NCBI GenBank assembly: GCA_022730295.1
Contig: DZCM01000001.1
Coordinates: 1,168 to 65,167 of the forward strand
Reading direction: 5' to 3'
DNA length: 64,000 nt
DNA from: Rhodanobacter sp.
Lineage (GTDB): Bacteria > Pseudomonadota > Gammaproteobacteria > Xanthomonadales > Rhodanobacteraceae
A program made the translations under genes and the position numbers. Position 1 is the stretch's first letter. Each line of letters begins with the position of its first letter. Below, piece by piece: positions 41,281 to 49,878 of the stretch. The notes beneath the pieces are model-generated. The model was not told the origin of the DNA. It made no database searches and saw nothing but the letters and a program-made list of their open reading frames with translations.

Positions 41281-41522
41281 TCGTCGCGCAGGCGGGCAAT
41301 GGTTTGTGCGCTGCCGCGCCCCCACAGACCGCGACCGCTGCCAGCCAACGCCGTCAGCGGGATGGGTTGTGCCGACTTTGCCAGCGCCGGCGGCACCACG
41401 GCCGCCACCGCGCGGCCGTGGCGCGTGATCACAGTGCTTTGCCCCGCGGCGGCGGCGGTGAGGATCGCCGGCAAATGCTGGCGGGCTTCCTCGACGCCTT
41501 TGTGTTGGTAGGTGCGTTCCAT
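41268..41522 (-). CDS. Phd/YefM family antitoxin
   Basis: GVEEARQHL...VITRHGRAVAAVVP; 84 aa. Confidence 0.88.
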   Translation of the reverse strand: MERTYQHKGVEEARQHLPAILTAAAAGQSTVITRHGRAVAAVVPPALAKSAQPIPLTALAGSGRGLWGRGSAQTIARLRDEWKR

Positions 41523-41528
41523 GGGCGT

Positions 41529-41557
41529 ACTGTACAGTTCGTACAGATTGGAGTCAA
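41529..41557 (-). promoter_or_regulatory. TA promoter with TGTACA operator
   Basis: TTGACT-17bp-TACAGT-6nt-ATG; CTGTACAG palindrome plus a CGTACA copy across -10/spacer. Confidence 0.75.
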
Positions 41558-43719
41558 GGCCCAGTGGATGCCGCAGCGCCGGCAGTCGGGATCGGATAGA
41601 TCACCGCGGGTTTGTACTTCGCGTATTTTTCGAGCAGCGCCTGAAAGCCCGGGTCGTGGCGGATCGGGTCCCAGACCGGATCCAGCCACAGCAGCACGGG
41701 CGAATAGTTGACGCCAATGCCGGGGCTGGCCAGTGCTTTGGCCAGTAAAGGCACGGCAAGATCAGGACGCCGGGCCTCGGCAAAGAGGCCGGCGTTGAAT
41801 TCCGCAAAACCGGCGCGCACGGCCGGATCGGGTGCGACGTTCGCCGCCTGCGCGCGGGCGATGGCCGCCAGGCCCTCTTTCGTCTGGCCGAGTCCGAGTT
41901 CGGCGTCGGCGATACCCTCCCAGACTCCCGCGAGATAGCCGTTCTGCGCCTGCTCCGACTTCGCCAATTGCGCGCGCAACGCGGCCAGCGCCTGCCGGTA
42001 TAAGGGTTGCGCCTTGGCGGTCTCGCCCAGCAGCCGGTACAGATCGGCCTGCTGCAGCGCCTTGGAATTGCCGAAGGCAAGGATGAAGTTGTCCGGGGTG
42101 TCCGGGATGGCATTGAGCTGCGCCAGCGCCTCGGCGTACTTGCGCTGGTAGGCGAGAAGCGTCACGCGCAGTGTTTGCATCGCCGGCTCGTCGCCCTCGG
42201 CCGCCTGCAGCGCCCGCGCGACATCGCCGCTGCCATAGAGGATCGCCAGGGGGTAGCTGGACTTGGCGGCGACGTTGTGGGGATCGATCGCCAAGGCGCG
42301 CTGCCACCAGTCTTCCGCCTCGGGATAACGGCTGACCATCATGGACGTCGCGCCGATTTCAAAAGCCAACGCGCTGTTGCGCGGATCGAGCGCGAAGGCT
42401 TTCTGCAGTGTCGCCAGCGCGGCGTCATAGCGGGTCTGCTTGCGCTGGCCGTAGCCGATCGCGGTGAGCGCGGCACTGTCGTTGGGACGCAGGGCCAGCG
42501 CTGCGCCGAAGGTCTTGAGCGCGGCCGCGAAATCGCCCTTGCCGTAGTAATCGCAGTAGCCGAGTGCGAGCAGGGTGGCCACGCTGTGCGGGGCGAGCCT
42601 TTGCGCGGCCTCGGCATCGGCGCGCGCCTGCCGGGTGAGGGCGGCAACGTCCTCGCCGCTGAGATAGGCCAGCTTGCTTTCCACGTAGGACAGTCGCGCA
42701 TAGGCCAAGGCGAAGCCGGGGTCTTTGGCGATCGCCTGCCGATACAGGGGGATCGCGGCCCGCCAGCCGCTGAAGTCGTTGGTGGAGTAGTTGGCGTTGG
42801 ACAGTTTGGCTTGATACTCGGCGCGCAGGAACAGATCCATCGCCGCCTGATTGGCGCTGGGCGCCTTGGCCAGTTGCTCGACTTGAGCGGGCGAGAGTTT
42901 GGCGTTGAGGGAGCCTGCGATTTGCGTCGCCACCTCGCCCTCGACGCCGAACACGTCGGTGAGCGTGCGGGTATAACTCCTGGCCCACAGGTGGCTGTCG
43001 CTGGCCGCGTCGATCAACTGCACGTTGATCAGCACCTCGTTGCCCTGCTTCTGCACCGAACCTTCCAGCAAGGTGGCCACGCCCAGTTGCGCGCCGACAA
43101 CTTTCAGGTTTTGCGGATGGCTGCCGTAGCCTTGCGTCGAGGTGCGCGAGATGACCTTCAAGTCGCCGATGTCGGCGAGCTTGGTCAGGATCAGGTCCTG
43201 CATGCCGGCCACGAAGTATTCGTTGTTCTTGTCGTTCGAGAGATTCTCGAACGGCAACACCGCGATGGATTTGGCGGGGACGGCGGCCGCGGTTGCAGCA
43301 GGCGACCTGGTCGTGGCCGTGCTGGCCGGGGCTGTGCCGGCTGCGCCGCGCATGCCCTTGTGCCAGATGAGCTGATTGCCCAGCAGCAGGATTACCGCCA
43401 CGGCCAGCACCGCGATGATGGCGAAATCCAGCCGACGGCCGGTGCGACGGGCAGTGGAATCATCGGCTGCGATTTCGCTTTCGCGCTTGATGCCCTGCGG
43501 TGTCACCTCGAACACCCACGCAAACACCAGCCAGAACGGAAAGCCGACCGCCGCCGCGATCAGGAACGCGCGCGTGGCCCAGTCGGGCAGGCCGAGCGCA
43601 GGGCTGAACTGCGAAAAGCCCTGGCCGAACGCCCACACCGCACCCGCATACAACACCGCCGCGCGCAACACGTTGCGGCGTTGCAGTTCAGCGAAGAAGC
43701 TGGGCTTGTTGGTTGCCAC
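41554..43719 (-). CDS. Membrane protein with TolB-like ('adenylate cyclase-associated') domain and TPR repeats
   Basis: FFAELQRRNV 3-TM head, SIAVLPFENLS, VISRTS, LLEGSV, TPRs, LDPVWDPIRHDPGF. Confidence 0.85.
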   Translation of the reverse strand: MATNKPSFFAELQRRNVLRAAVLYAGAVWAFGQGFSQFSPALGLPDWATRAFLIAAAVGFPFWLVFAWVFEVTPQGIKRESEIAADDSTARRTGRRLDFAIIAVLAVAVILLLGNQLIWHKGMRGAAGTAPASTATTRSPAATAAAVPAKSIAVLPFENLSNDKNNEYFVAGMQDLILTKLADIGDLKVISRTSTQGYGSHPQNLKVVGAQLGVATLLEGSVQKQGNEVLINVQLIDAASDSHLWARSYTRTLTDVFGVEGEVATQIAGSLNAKLSPAQVEQLAKAPSANQAAMDLFLRAEYQAKLSNANYSTNDFSGWRAAIPLYRQAIAKDPGFALAYARLSYVESKLAYLSGEDVAALTRQARADAEAAQRLAPHSVATLLALGYCDYYGKGDFAAALKTFGAALALRPNDSAALTAIGYGQRKQTRYDAALATLQKAFALDPRNSALAFEIGATSMMVSRYPEAEDWWQRALAIDPHNVAAKSSYPLAILYGSGDVARALQAAEGDEPAMQTLRVTLLAYQRKYAEALAQLNAIPDTPDNFILAFGNSKALQQADLYRLLGETAKAQPLYRQALAALRAQLAKSEQAQNGYLAGVWEGIADAELGLGQTKEGLAAIARAQAANVAPDPAVRAGFAEFNAGLFAEARRPDLAVPLLAKALASPGIGVNYSPVLLWLDPVWDPIRHDPGFQALLEKYAKYKPAVIYPIPTAGAAASTGP

Positions 43720-43818
43720 GCGTCAAGGATTCCCCTCCGGCGACAGGCCGGTTCCGGTCCCGCGAGTGTATCGTCAACCGGCGCCGCGCCGCAGGCTCGC
43801 CCGGGGTGCGGCCCGCGC

Positions 43819-44574
43819 CTACGAATCTCGTGCTACCTGCAAGCCCGCCGCCGACTGGCTGACGGGCATCATTTCCAGGCGGGTGACGTCGAGGTGCGGT
43901 GGCAGGTTGGCGAGCCACCAAGTGGTGTCGGCGATGTCTTGCGCGGTGATGGGATGCGCACCCGCATACACCTTGTCCGACGCGGCCTGATCGCCGCCGG
44001 TGCGCACCAAGGTGAACTCGGTTTCGGCCATGCCGGGTTCGATGTTGGTCACGCGCACGCCGGTGCCATGCAGGTCCACGCGCAGGTTGGCGGAAAACTG
44101 GGTAACGAACGCCTTGGTACCGCCGTACACGTTGCCGCCGGTGTAGGGGTGGGTGCCCGAGATCGAACTGATGTTGACGATCGCACCGCGACGTTCGATG
44201 AGTTGCGGAAGCAGCAGGCGGGTCAGGGTAACCAGTGCGGTGACATTGGTGTCGATCATTTGCCGCCATTGCGCGAGGTCTGCGTGCTGGGCTTTCGCCG
44301 TGCCCGAGGCGAGGCCGGCGTTGTTGACCAGCAGGTCGATGGCGCGGAAGGTTTCCGGCAACGCGGCGAGTGCGGCGCGCATGGCGGCTTCGTCGCGGAT
44401 GTCGAAGACGCAGGCGTGTACGCGTTCGGCACCAAAACGCTCAACCAGTTGCGCAAGCCGGTCAGCGCGGCGCGCACAGGCCACCACACGCCAGCCGTTT
44501 TCAGCGAATTTCGCCGCGATCGCGGCACCGAAACCGGCTGAGGCGCCGGTGACGAGCAGGGTTTTGGTAGTCAT
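43819..44574 (-). CDS. SDR oxidoreductase (YdfG-like)
   Basis: TGASAGFG, NNAG, YGGTK, NIEPG. Confidence 0.92.
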   Translation of the reverse strand: MTTKTLLVTGASAGFGAAIAAKFAENGWRVVACARRADRLAQLVERFGAERVHACVFDIRDEAAMRAALAALPETFRAIDLLVNNAGLASGTAKAQHADLAQWRQMIDTNVTALVTLTRLLLPQLIERRGAIVNISSISGTHPYTGGNVYGGTKAFVTQFSANLRVDLHGTGVRVTNIEPGMAETEFTLVRTGGDQAASDKVYAGAHPITAQDIADTTWWLANLPPHLDVTRLEMMPVSQSAAGLQVARDS

Positions 44575-44698
44575 TCGGTTATTGTAACGACGCCGGGCAA
44601 CGGCATCCCCCGGCGCTGCACGCCGACGCCCTGCCTGCGGAAGCGGGTGACACCAACACTTCGTCGATCAGCGCGACCGGTCGCGGCTTCCGCCGTTC

Positions 44699-45319
44699 CT
44701 ACTTTTCTTTCAGGGGAACTGAATGGATGCCCGCGGCGGTCAACCGCTGCTGGACATCCTGCAACTGGGTCGCGGAAGCAAACGGACCCAACCGCACGCG
44801 GTTCCAGACCTGGCCGTCCAGCGTCACCGTTTGCACCTGCGCGGTGAAACCCTGCAAGGCAAGCTTGGCCTTCATCGCGTCGGCGTCGCCGGCATTCGGG
44901 AAGGCGCCAACCTGCAACACATACCCGCCCACGGAAGTCGCCGCGCTGGCGCTGGCGGGCGCGGTGGTGCTGGTGTTGTTCGCTGCAGCCGCCTTCTGCT
45001 GCTCGGCCTTGGCCATCGCGGACAATTCCGCATTGGGAATCACGACTTCTTTCTCGGGTAGAACCTTGTAGAAGTCGAACTTCGAGGCGCTCGCTGCGCT
45101 GCTGCTCGCGGCGATTCCCGCCGCGCTGCCTTGCTCGGCTACCGCGTTGGGATTGGCCTGCGGCTGGTCGTTGCGTTGCACGCTGGGGATCCAGCCGCGA
45201 TGCGCCGCGAACAAAACCAGCGCTCCACCGATCGCGATGCCGATGAGGATGAGTCCCCACCACGGCACACCCGAACCGCCGTTGCGTACCGCCTGTCTGC
45301 CGCCGCGTTGTGTTGCCAC
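44699..45319 (-). CDS. SPOR-domain cell division protein (FtsN-like)
   Basis: TM segment, FDFYKVLP, LQVGAF...RVRLGPF; follows argS; GTG start with GAGGA RBS. Confidence 0.88.
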   Translation of the reverse strand: MATQRGGRQAVRNGGSGVPWWGLILIGIAIGGALVLFAAHRGWIPSVQRNDQPQANPNAVAEQGSAAGIAASSSAASASKFDFYKVLPEKEVVIPNAELSAMAKAEQQKAAAANNTSTTAPASASAATSVGGYVLQVGAFPNAGDADAMKAKLALQGFTAQVQTVTLDGQVWNRVRLGPFASATQLQDVQQRLTAAGIHSVPLKEK

Positions 45320-45395
45320 TGCATGTCCTCGTGATCGGATGCGCGTGCGACCCACGCACGGATCGCATCATCAAAACATCACACAGCTGCTTCAG

Positions 45396-47078
45396 TCACA
45401 TCGATTCCGGTGCCGATACGCCGAGCAAGCCCAGGCCATTGGCCAGCACCTGCCGCGTCGCATAGGCCAACGCCACGCGCGCGTTGCGCAGGTCCTCATC
45501 GTCGACCAGGAACTGCTCGGCGTTGTACCAGACGTGGAAGGCACCCGCCAGTTCACGCAGGTATTGTGCCAGCAGATGCGGTTCCTGGTTGGCCGCCGCG
45601 TTCTCGACGATTTCGGGAAAGCGCGAGACCTCGAACATCACCGCGCGCGCCGGTTCGCTATCCAGACGGCCGAGGTGCTTGAGCGCGTGCGTCTGCTCGA
45701 ACACGATCGCGCGCTCATGCATCTGGCGCGTAACGCTGCATACCCGCGCATGCGCGTACTGGATGTAATAGACCGGGTTGTCGTTGGTCTGCGAACGCGC
45801 CAGATCGATGTCGAACACCAGTTGCGAGTCGCCCTTGCGCGCAATCAGGAAGTAACGCGTGGCATCGAGACCTGCCATGTCGATGAGGTCGCGCAGGGTG
45901 ACGTAGCTGCCCGCGCGCTTGGAAATCTTCACTTCCTCGCCACCGCGCATGACCGTCACCATCTGGTACAGCACGTAATCCGGCCAGTTGCATGGAATGC
46001 CGATGGCGAGAGCCTGCAACCCGGCGCGCACGCGCGTCAGCGAACCGTGATGGTCGGCCCCGAGCACGGTGGCTGCGTGTTTGTAACCCCGCTCCCACTT
46101 CGACAAGTGATAGGCGACGTCGGGCACGAAATATGTGTACGTGCCGTCGGATTTCCGCATCACGCGGTCCTTGTCGTCGCCGAAGCCGGTGCTGCGCAGC
46201 CACAGCGCGCCCGCGGCTTCGTAGGAATGGCCTTCGGCAGCGATCCGCTCGACCACCTGCAGCACCTTGCCATCGACATACAGCGATGATTCGAGAAAGT
46301 ACACGTCGAAGCCCACGCCGAACGCGCGCAGATCCGCGTCCTGTTCGCGCCGCAACCATGCCACGGAGAACTCGCGGATGGCGTCGAGATCGTCGGGGTC
46401 CGCCGCGGACGTCACGCGGCCCTTGTCCACCTCCACGCTTGCGCCAGCAAGGTAGTCGCGCGCGACGTCGCGGATGTATTCACCGCGATACCCTGCGGCC
46501 GGCCAGCGCGGATCTTCCGGGTCGATGCCGCGGATGCGCGCCTGTACCGATAGTGCAAGATTGGCGATTTGCGCGCCGGCATCGTTGTAGTAGTACTCGC
46601 GGTACACCTTCCATCCGGTCGCGGAATACAGGCGCGCAAGCGTGTCGCCGATCGCGGCGTTGCGCGCGTGCCCAACATGCAGCGGCCCGGTCGGATTGGC
46701 GGACACGAATTCGATGCCAATGGCACGGCCGTCGCCGCTGTTGCTGTGGCCGTAGTGCGCACCCTCGTGCAGCACGCGGCGGATTTCCTCGTGCCACGCG
46801 GTATCGCTCAGGAACACGTTGATGAAACCCGGTCCCGCGATTTCGACCTTGCTGACCCAGGGACTCGCCGGCAGTACGCCGACGATCGCCATGGCGATGT
46901 CGCGCGGTTTCTTGCCGACGGCTTTCACCAGCAGCATGGCCGCGTTGCAAGCGAAGTCACCGTGTTCGCGCGAACGGGTGCGCTCGATCACGAATGCGGG
47001 CGGCGGAGCGTCAAGGATGCCGTCGCGGCGCAGTTGCTCAAGCGCACGCGAAAACAGTTCGTGGAGGAGGTCTTTCAA
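45396..47078 (-). CDS. argS: Arginine--tRNA ligase
   Basis: [39 protein letters not shown]. Confidence 0.98.
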   Translation of the reverse strand: MKDLLHELFSRALEQLRRDGILDAPPPAFVIERTRSREHGDFACNAAMLLVKAVGKKPRDIAMAIVGVLPASPWVSKVEIAGPGFINVFLSDTAWHEEIRRVLHEGAHYGHSNSGDGRAIGIEFVSANPTGPLHVGHARNAAIGDTLARLYSATGWKVYREYYYNDAGAQIANLALSVQARIRGIDPEDPRWPAAGYRGEYIRDVARDYLAGASVEVDKGRVTSAADPDDLDAIREFSVAWLRREQDADLRAFGVGFDVYFLESSLYVDGKVLQVVERIAAEGHSYEAAGALWLRSTGFGDDKDRVMRKSDGTYTYFVPDVAYHLSKWERGYKHAATVLGADHHGSLTRVRAGLQALAIGIPCNWPDYVLYQMVTVMRGGEEVKISKRAGSYVTLRDLIDMAGLDATRYFLIARKGDSQLVFDIDLARSQTNDNPVYYIQYAHARVCSVTRQMHERAIVFEQTHALKHLGRLDSEPARAVMFEVSRFPEIVENAAANQEPHLLAQYLRELAGAFHVWYNAEQFLVDDEDLRNARVALAYATRQVLANGLGLLGVSAPESM

Positions 47079-47146
47079 GGGGATCGGTGCGCGGAATGTG
47101 GCCTGTCATCGTAACGCAGCGATCACTCCACACCAACCGTCGACTC

Positions 47147-47319
47147 TGTGGATAACTTGGTGGATAGTGCGATCAGGCAGCGCCTGACGAACCCAATCTG
47201 TGCGCCATTTCACAACGAGTCATACAAAAAACATTAGTAATTTCAATATGTAATGCACGCTTTACGGAATCAACACCAAAAAACATTCCCAAATGCCCGT
47301 GATTCCGCAATGTGAATAA
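47147..47319. promoter_or_regulatory. DnaA-box cluster around an AT-rich core
   Basis: TGTGGATAA (47147), GGTGGATAG (47159), TCATACAAA (47220), TGTGAATAA (47311). Confidence 0.55.
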
Positions 47320-47391
47320 CTGATTTCCCGCAAAACCGGGGATGTCAACCGTTCTGGCAGTCGATCACGGAACTGCAGCATGTCGCGTGGT

Positions 47392-48057
47392 TCAAATCAG
47401 CCCGCGCGCCGCCATCGAGGTCGGCTCGCCGGCACCGACCACCAGATGATCCAGCACCCGCACGCCGACCAGCTGCAGGGCGTCGCGCAATTGGTGCGTG
47501 ATGTTGCGGTCGGCCGCCGAGGGTTCGGCCACGCCCGAGGGATGGTTGTGGGCGAGGATCACCGCCGCCGCATTGTGCTTGAGCGACGCCCGCACCACTT
47601 CGCGCGGGTGCACGGAAGCGCCATCGAGTGTACCGCGAAACAGTTCCTCGAAAGCCAGCACCCGGTGGCGGTTGTCGAGGAACAGGCAGGCGAACACTTC
47701 ATAGGGCTTGTGTGCGAGCTGCGCCTTCAGGAAGGCGGCGCTGTCGCGCGGGTTGGTCAGGGCCGGGCGCGCCGCCAGTTCCTCGCCAAGGCAACGCCGC
47801 GCCAGTTCCAGCGCGGCCACGAGGCGCGCACGCTTGGCTGGCCCCAGCCCGCGCACATCGGCAAGATCGCTCGCCAGCAGCGCAGCCACGCCGCCGGCTC
47901 GCACCAGCAAATCGCGGCCCATGTCCACCGCGCTGTGGCCGCGGATGCCGCTGCCCAGCAGGATCGCCACCAATTCCGCGGCGGTCAATGCGGCCGCACC
48001 GCGCGCCAGCAGTTTTTCGCGGGGGCGTTCGTCCGCCGGCCATTCCTTGATGCTCAT
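47392..48057 (-). CDS. radC: RadC family JAB-domain protein
   Basis: ERPREKL, HPREV, HNHPSG, LDH. Confidence 0.95.
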   Translation of the reverse strand: MSIKEWPADERPREKLLARGAAALTAAELVAILLGSGIRGHSAVDMGRDLLVRAGGVAALLASDLADVRGLGPAKRARLVAALELARRCLGEELAARPALTNPRDSAAFLKAQLAHKPYEVFACLFLDNRHRVLAFEELFRGTLDGASVHPREVVRASLKHNAAAVILAHNHPSGVAEPSAADRNITHQLRDALQLVGVRVLDHLVVGAGEPTSMAARGLI

Positions 48058-48189
48058 GCGTGTTCCATCAATGCGTGCCTTCGGCGCGGGCGATGACAAA
48101 TGATCGCGAAATCCAGGGGTTCGACCAAGCAGGATGGAGGGTGGAATCCGGTAAGCTAACCGCTGCTTTTCCTGTCAGCGGATGCCGAC

Positions 48190-48750
48190 ATGGGTACCAG
48201 GGAAAACCGGCACGTCCTTCTCGGCGTCTCGGGCGGGATCGCGGCCTACAAGGCCTGCGAGGTGGTGCGGCGCCTGCGTGACGCAGGTGCCGAGGTGCGC
48301 GTGGTGTTGACCACCAACGCGGAACGTTTCGTCACTGCGCTGACATTCCAGGCGCTGTCGGGGCAAGCTGTGCGCCATGGCTTGTGGGATGCCGACGCGG
48401 AACTCGGCATGGGACATCTTGAACTGGCGCGTTGGGCCGACGCGATCTTGATTGCACCGGCTTCGGCCGACACGCTGGCCAAGCTTGCGCATGGTTTCGC
48501 CGACGACCTGCTTTCCACCTTGTGCCTGGCGACGACTGCGCCGATTGCGGTGGCGCCCGCCATGAATCACCGGATGTGGCTCAATCCTGCAACGCAGGCC
48601 AATGTTGCCACCTTGCGCACACGCGGAGTCGCGATCCTGGGGCCAGCCAACGGTTCGCTCGCCGAAGGTGAGTCCGGCCCAGGCCGGATGCTGGAGGCAC
48701 AGCAACTGGTGCAGGCCTTGATGACGCCGGGCGGCACGCATGTCGCGTGA
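48190..48750 (+). CDS. coaC: Phosphopantothenoylcysteine decarboxylase (CoaC half of CoaBC)
   Basis: [29 protein letters not shown]. Confidence 0.88.
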   Translation: MGTRENRHVLLGVSGGIAAYKACEVVRRLRDAGAEVRVVLTTNAERFVTALTFQALSGQAVRHGLWDADAELGMGHLELARWADAILIAPASADTLAKLAHGFADDLLSTLCLATTAPIAVAPAMNHRMWLNPATQANVATLRTRGVAILGPANGSLAEGESGPGRMLEAQQLVQALMTPGGTHVA

Positions 48751-49414
48751 CGGCTTGCTCGCCGGCCTCAAGGTGGTGATCGACGCCGGTCCAACCTGCG
48801 AGGACATCGACCCGGTGCGATTCCTCGGCAACCGCAGCTCGGGCAAGATGGGTTTCGCGATTGCCGCCGCCGCGGGCGCCGCGGGCGCCGAGGTAACCCT
48901 GGTCGCAGGCCCGGTCGCGCTGGCGACACCCGCGGGCGTTGCCCGCCGCATCGACGTGCGCAGCGCGCTGCAGATGCGCGATGCGGTGTTCAGCGTCATC
49001 GACGCCGCCGACATTTTCATCGCCACCGCCGCGGTCGCCGACTGGCGAGTCGCGAGCTATTCCGAGCGCAAGATCAAGAAGGAACCCTCCGGCACGCCGA
49101 TACTGGAGCTCGTCGAGAATCCCGACATCCTCGCCGAAGTGGCCGCGCGCTCGCCGCGCCCGTTCGTGGTTGGTTTCGCTGCCGAGACCGACCACGTGCT
49201 GGAAAATGGCCGCAAGAAACTGGCGCGCAAAAAGCTCGACATGCTGGCCGCCAACCACGTCGACGCGACCAGCGGCATCGGTGCCGACGACAATGCGCTT
49301 GAGGTGCTCTGGGCGGACGGTGGCGTGAGCCTGCCACGCGCACCGAAGCCGGATTTGGCCAAAGCCCTGGTCGCGTGCATCGCGGCCCGCTATCGCGCAA
49401 GGATGCATGCATGA
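48740..49414 (+). CDS. coaB: Phosphopantothenate--cysteine ligase (CoaB half of CoaBC)
   Basis: [30 protein letters not shown]. Confidence 0.88.
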   Translation: MSRDGLLAGLKVVIDAGPTCEDIDPVRFLGNRSSGKMGFAIAAAAGAAGAEVTLVAGPVALATPAGVARRIDVRSALQMRDAVFSVIDAADIFIATAAVADWRVASYSERKIKKEPSGTPILELVENPDILAEVAARSPRPFVVGFAAETDHVLENGRKKLARKKLDMLAANHVDATSGIGADDNALEVLWADGGVSLPRAPKPDLAKALVACIAARYRARMHA

Positions 49415-49878
49415 ACGCACATACCGCCGGCGTCGAATTGAAAGTGCTCGACCCGCGCCTCGGCGTGAGCATTCCCTTGCCTGCTTACGCCACCGGCGGC
49501 AGCGCCGCGATGGACCTGCGCGCCGCGCCGGAAGCGACGTTGGCGCTCGCGCCAAACGCCAGCGCCTTGATTCCGACTGGACTCGCGATCCACCTCGCCG
49601 ATCCCGGCTGGTGCGCGCTGATCCTGCCGCGCTCGGGGCTGGGACACAAACACGGCATCGTGCTCGGCAACCTCACCGGCCTGATCGACGCCGACTATCA
49701 GGGCCCATTGATGATTTCCTGCTGGAACCGCGGCAGTGAGCCATTTACCATCCAGCCAGGCGATCGCATCGCACAGTTGCTGGTGATGCCAGTGGCGCGC
49801 GTACAGTGGCGCGTGGTCGACGCGTTCGCGACGAGCGAGCGCGGCGCAGGGGGATTCGGCTCGACCGGGGTCGCGTGA
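49411..49878 (+). CDS. dut: dUTPase
   Basis: [29 protein letters not shown]. Confidence 0.97.
   Translation: MNAHTAGVELKVLDPRLGVSIPLPAYATGGSAAMDLRAAPEATLALAPNASALIPTGLAIHLADPGWCALILPRSGLGHKHGIVLGNLTGLIDADYQGPLMISCWNRGSEPFTIQPGDRIAQLLVMPVARVQWRVVDAFATSERGAGGFGSTGVA

Noticed and set aside
42007..44541. 844-aa plus-strand ORF, and similar long ORFs at 18133-20253, 33720-35651, 6317-7900 and 11478-13073
   Set aside because: Antisense shadows of well-supported genes; high-GC codon bias removes stops on the opposite strand; no recognisable motifs
44672..44685. Perfect palindrome cgcgaccggtcgcg
   Set aside because: Almost all G/C, so plausible by chance in this genome; no second copy noticed
47079..47391. 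The chromosomal origin oriC itself
   Set aside because: No dnaA/dnaN/gidA context, few boxes and no clear DUE repeats; kept only as a datA/DARS-like candidate
47392..48057. radC as a mobile-element or anti-defence marker
   Set aside because: Full-length form in the standard radC-coaBC-dut chromosomal context
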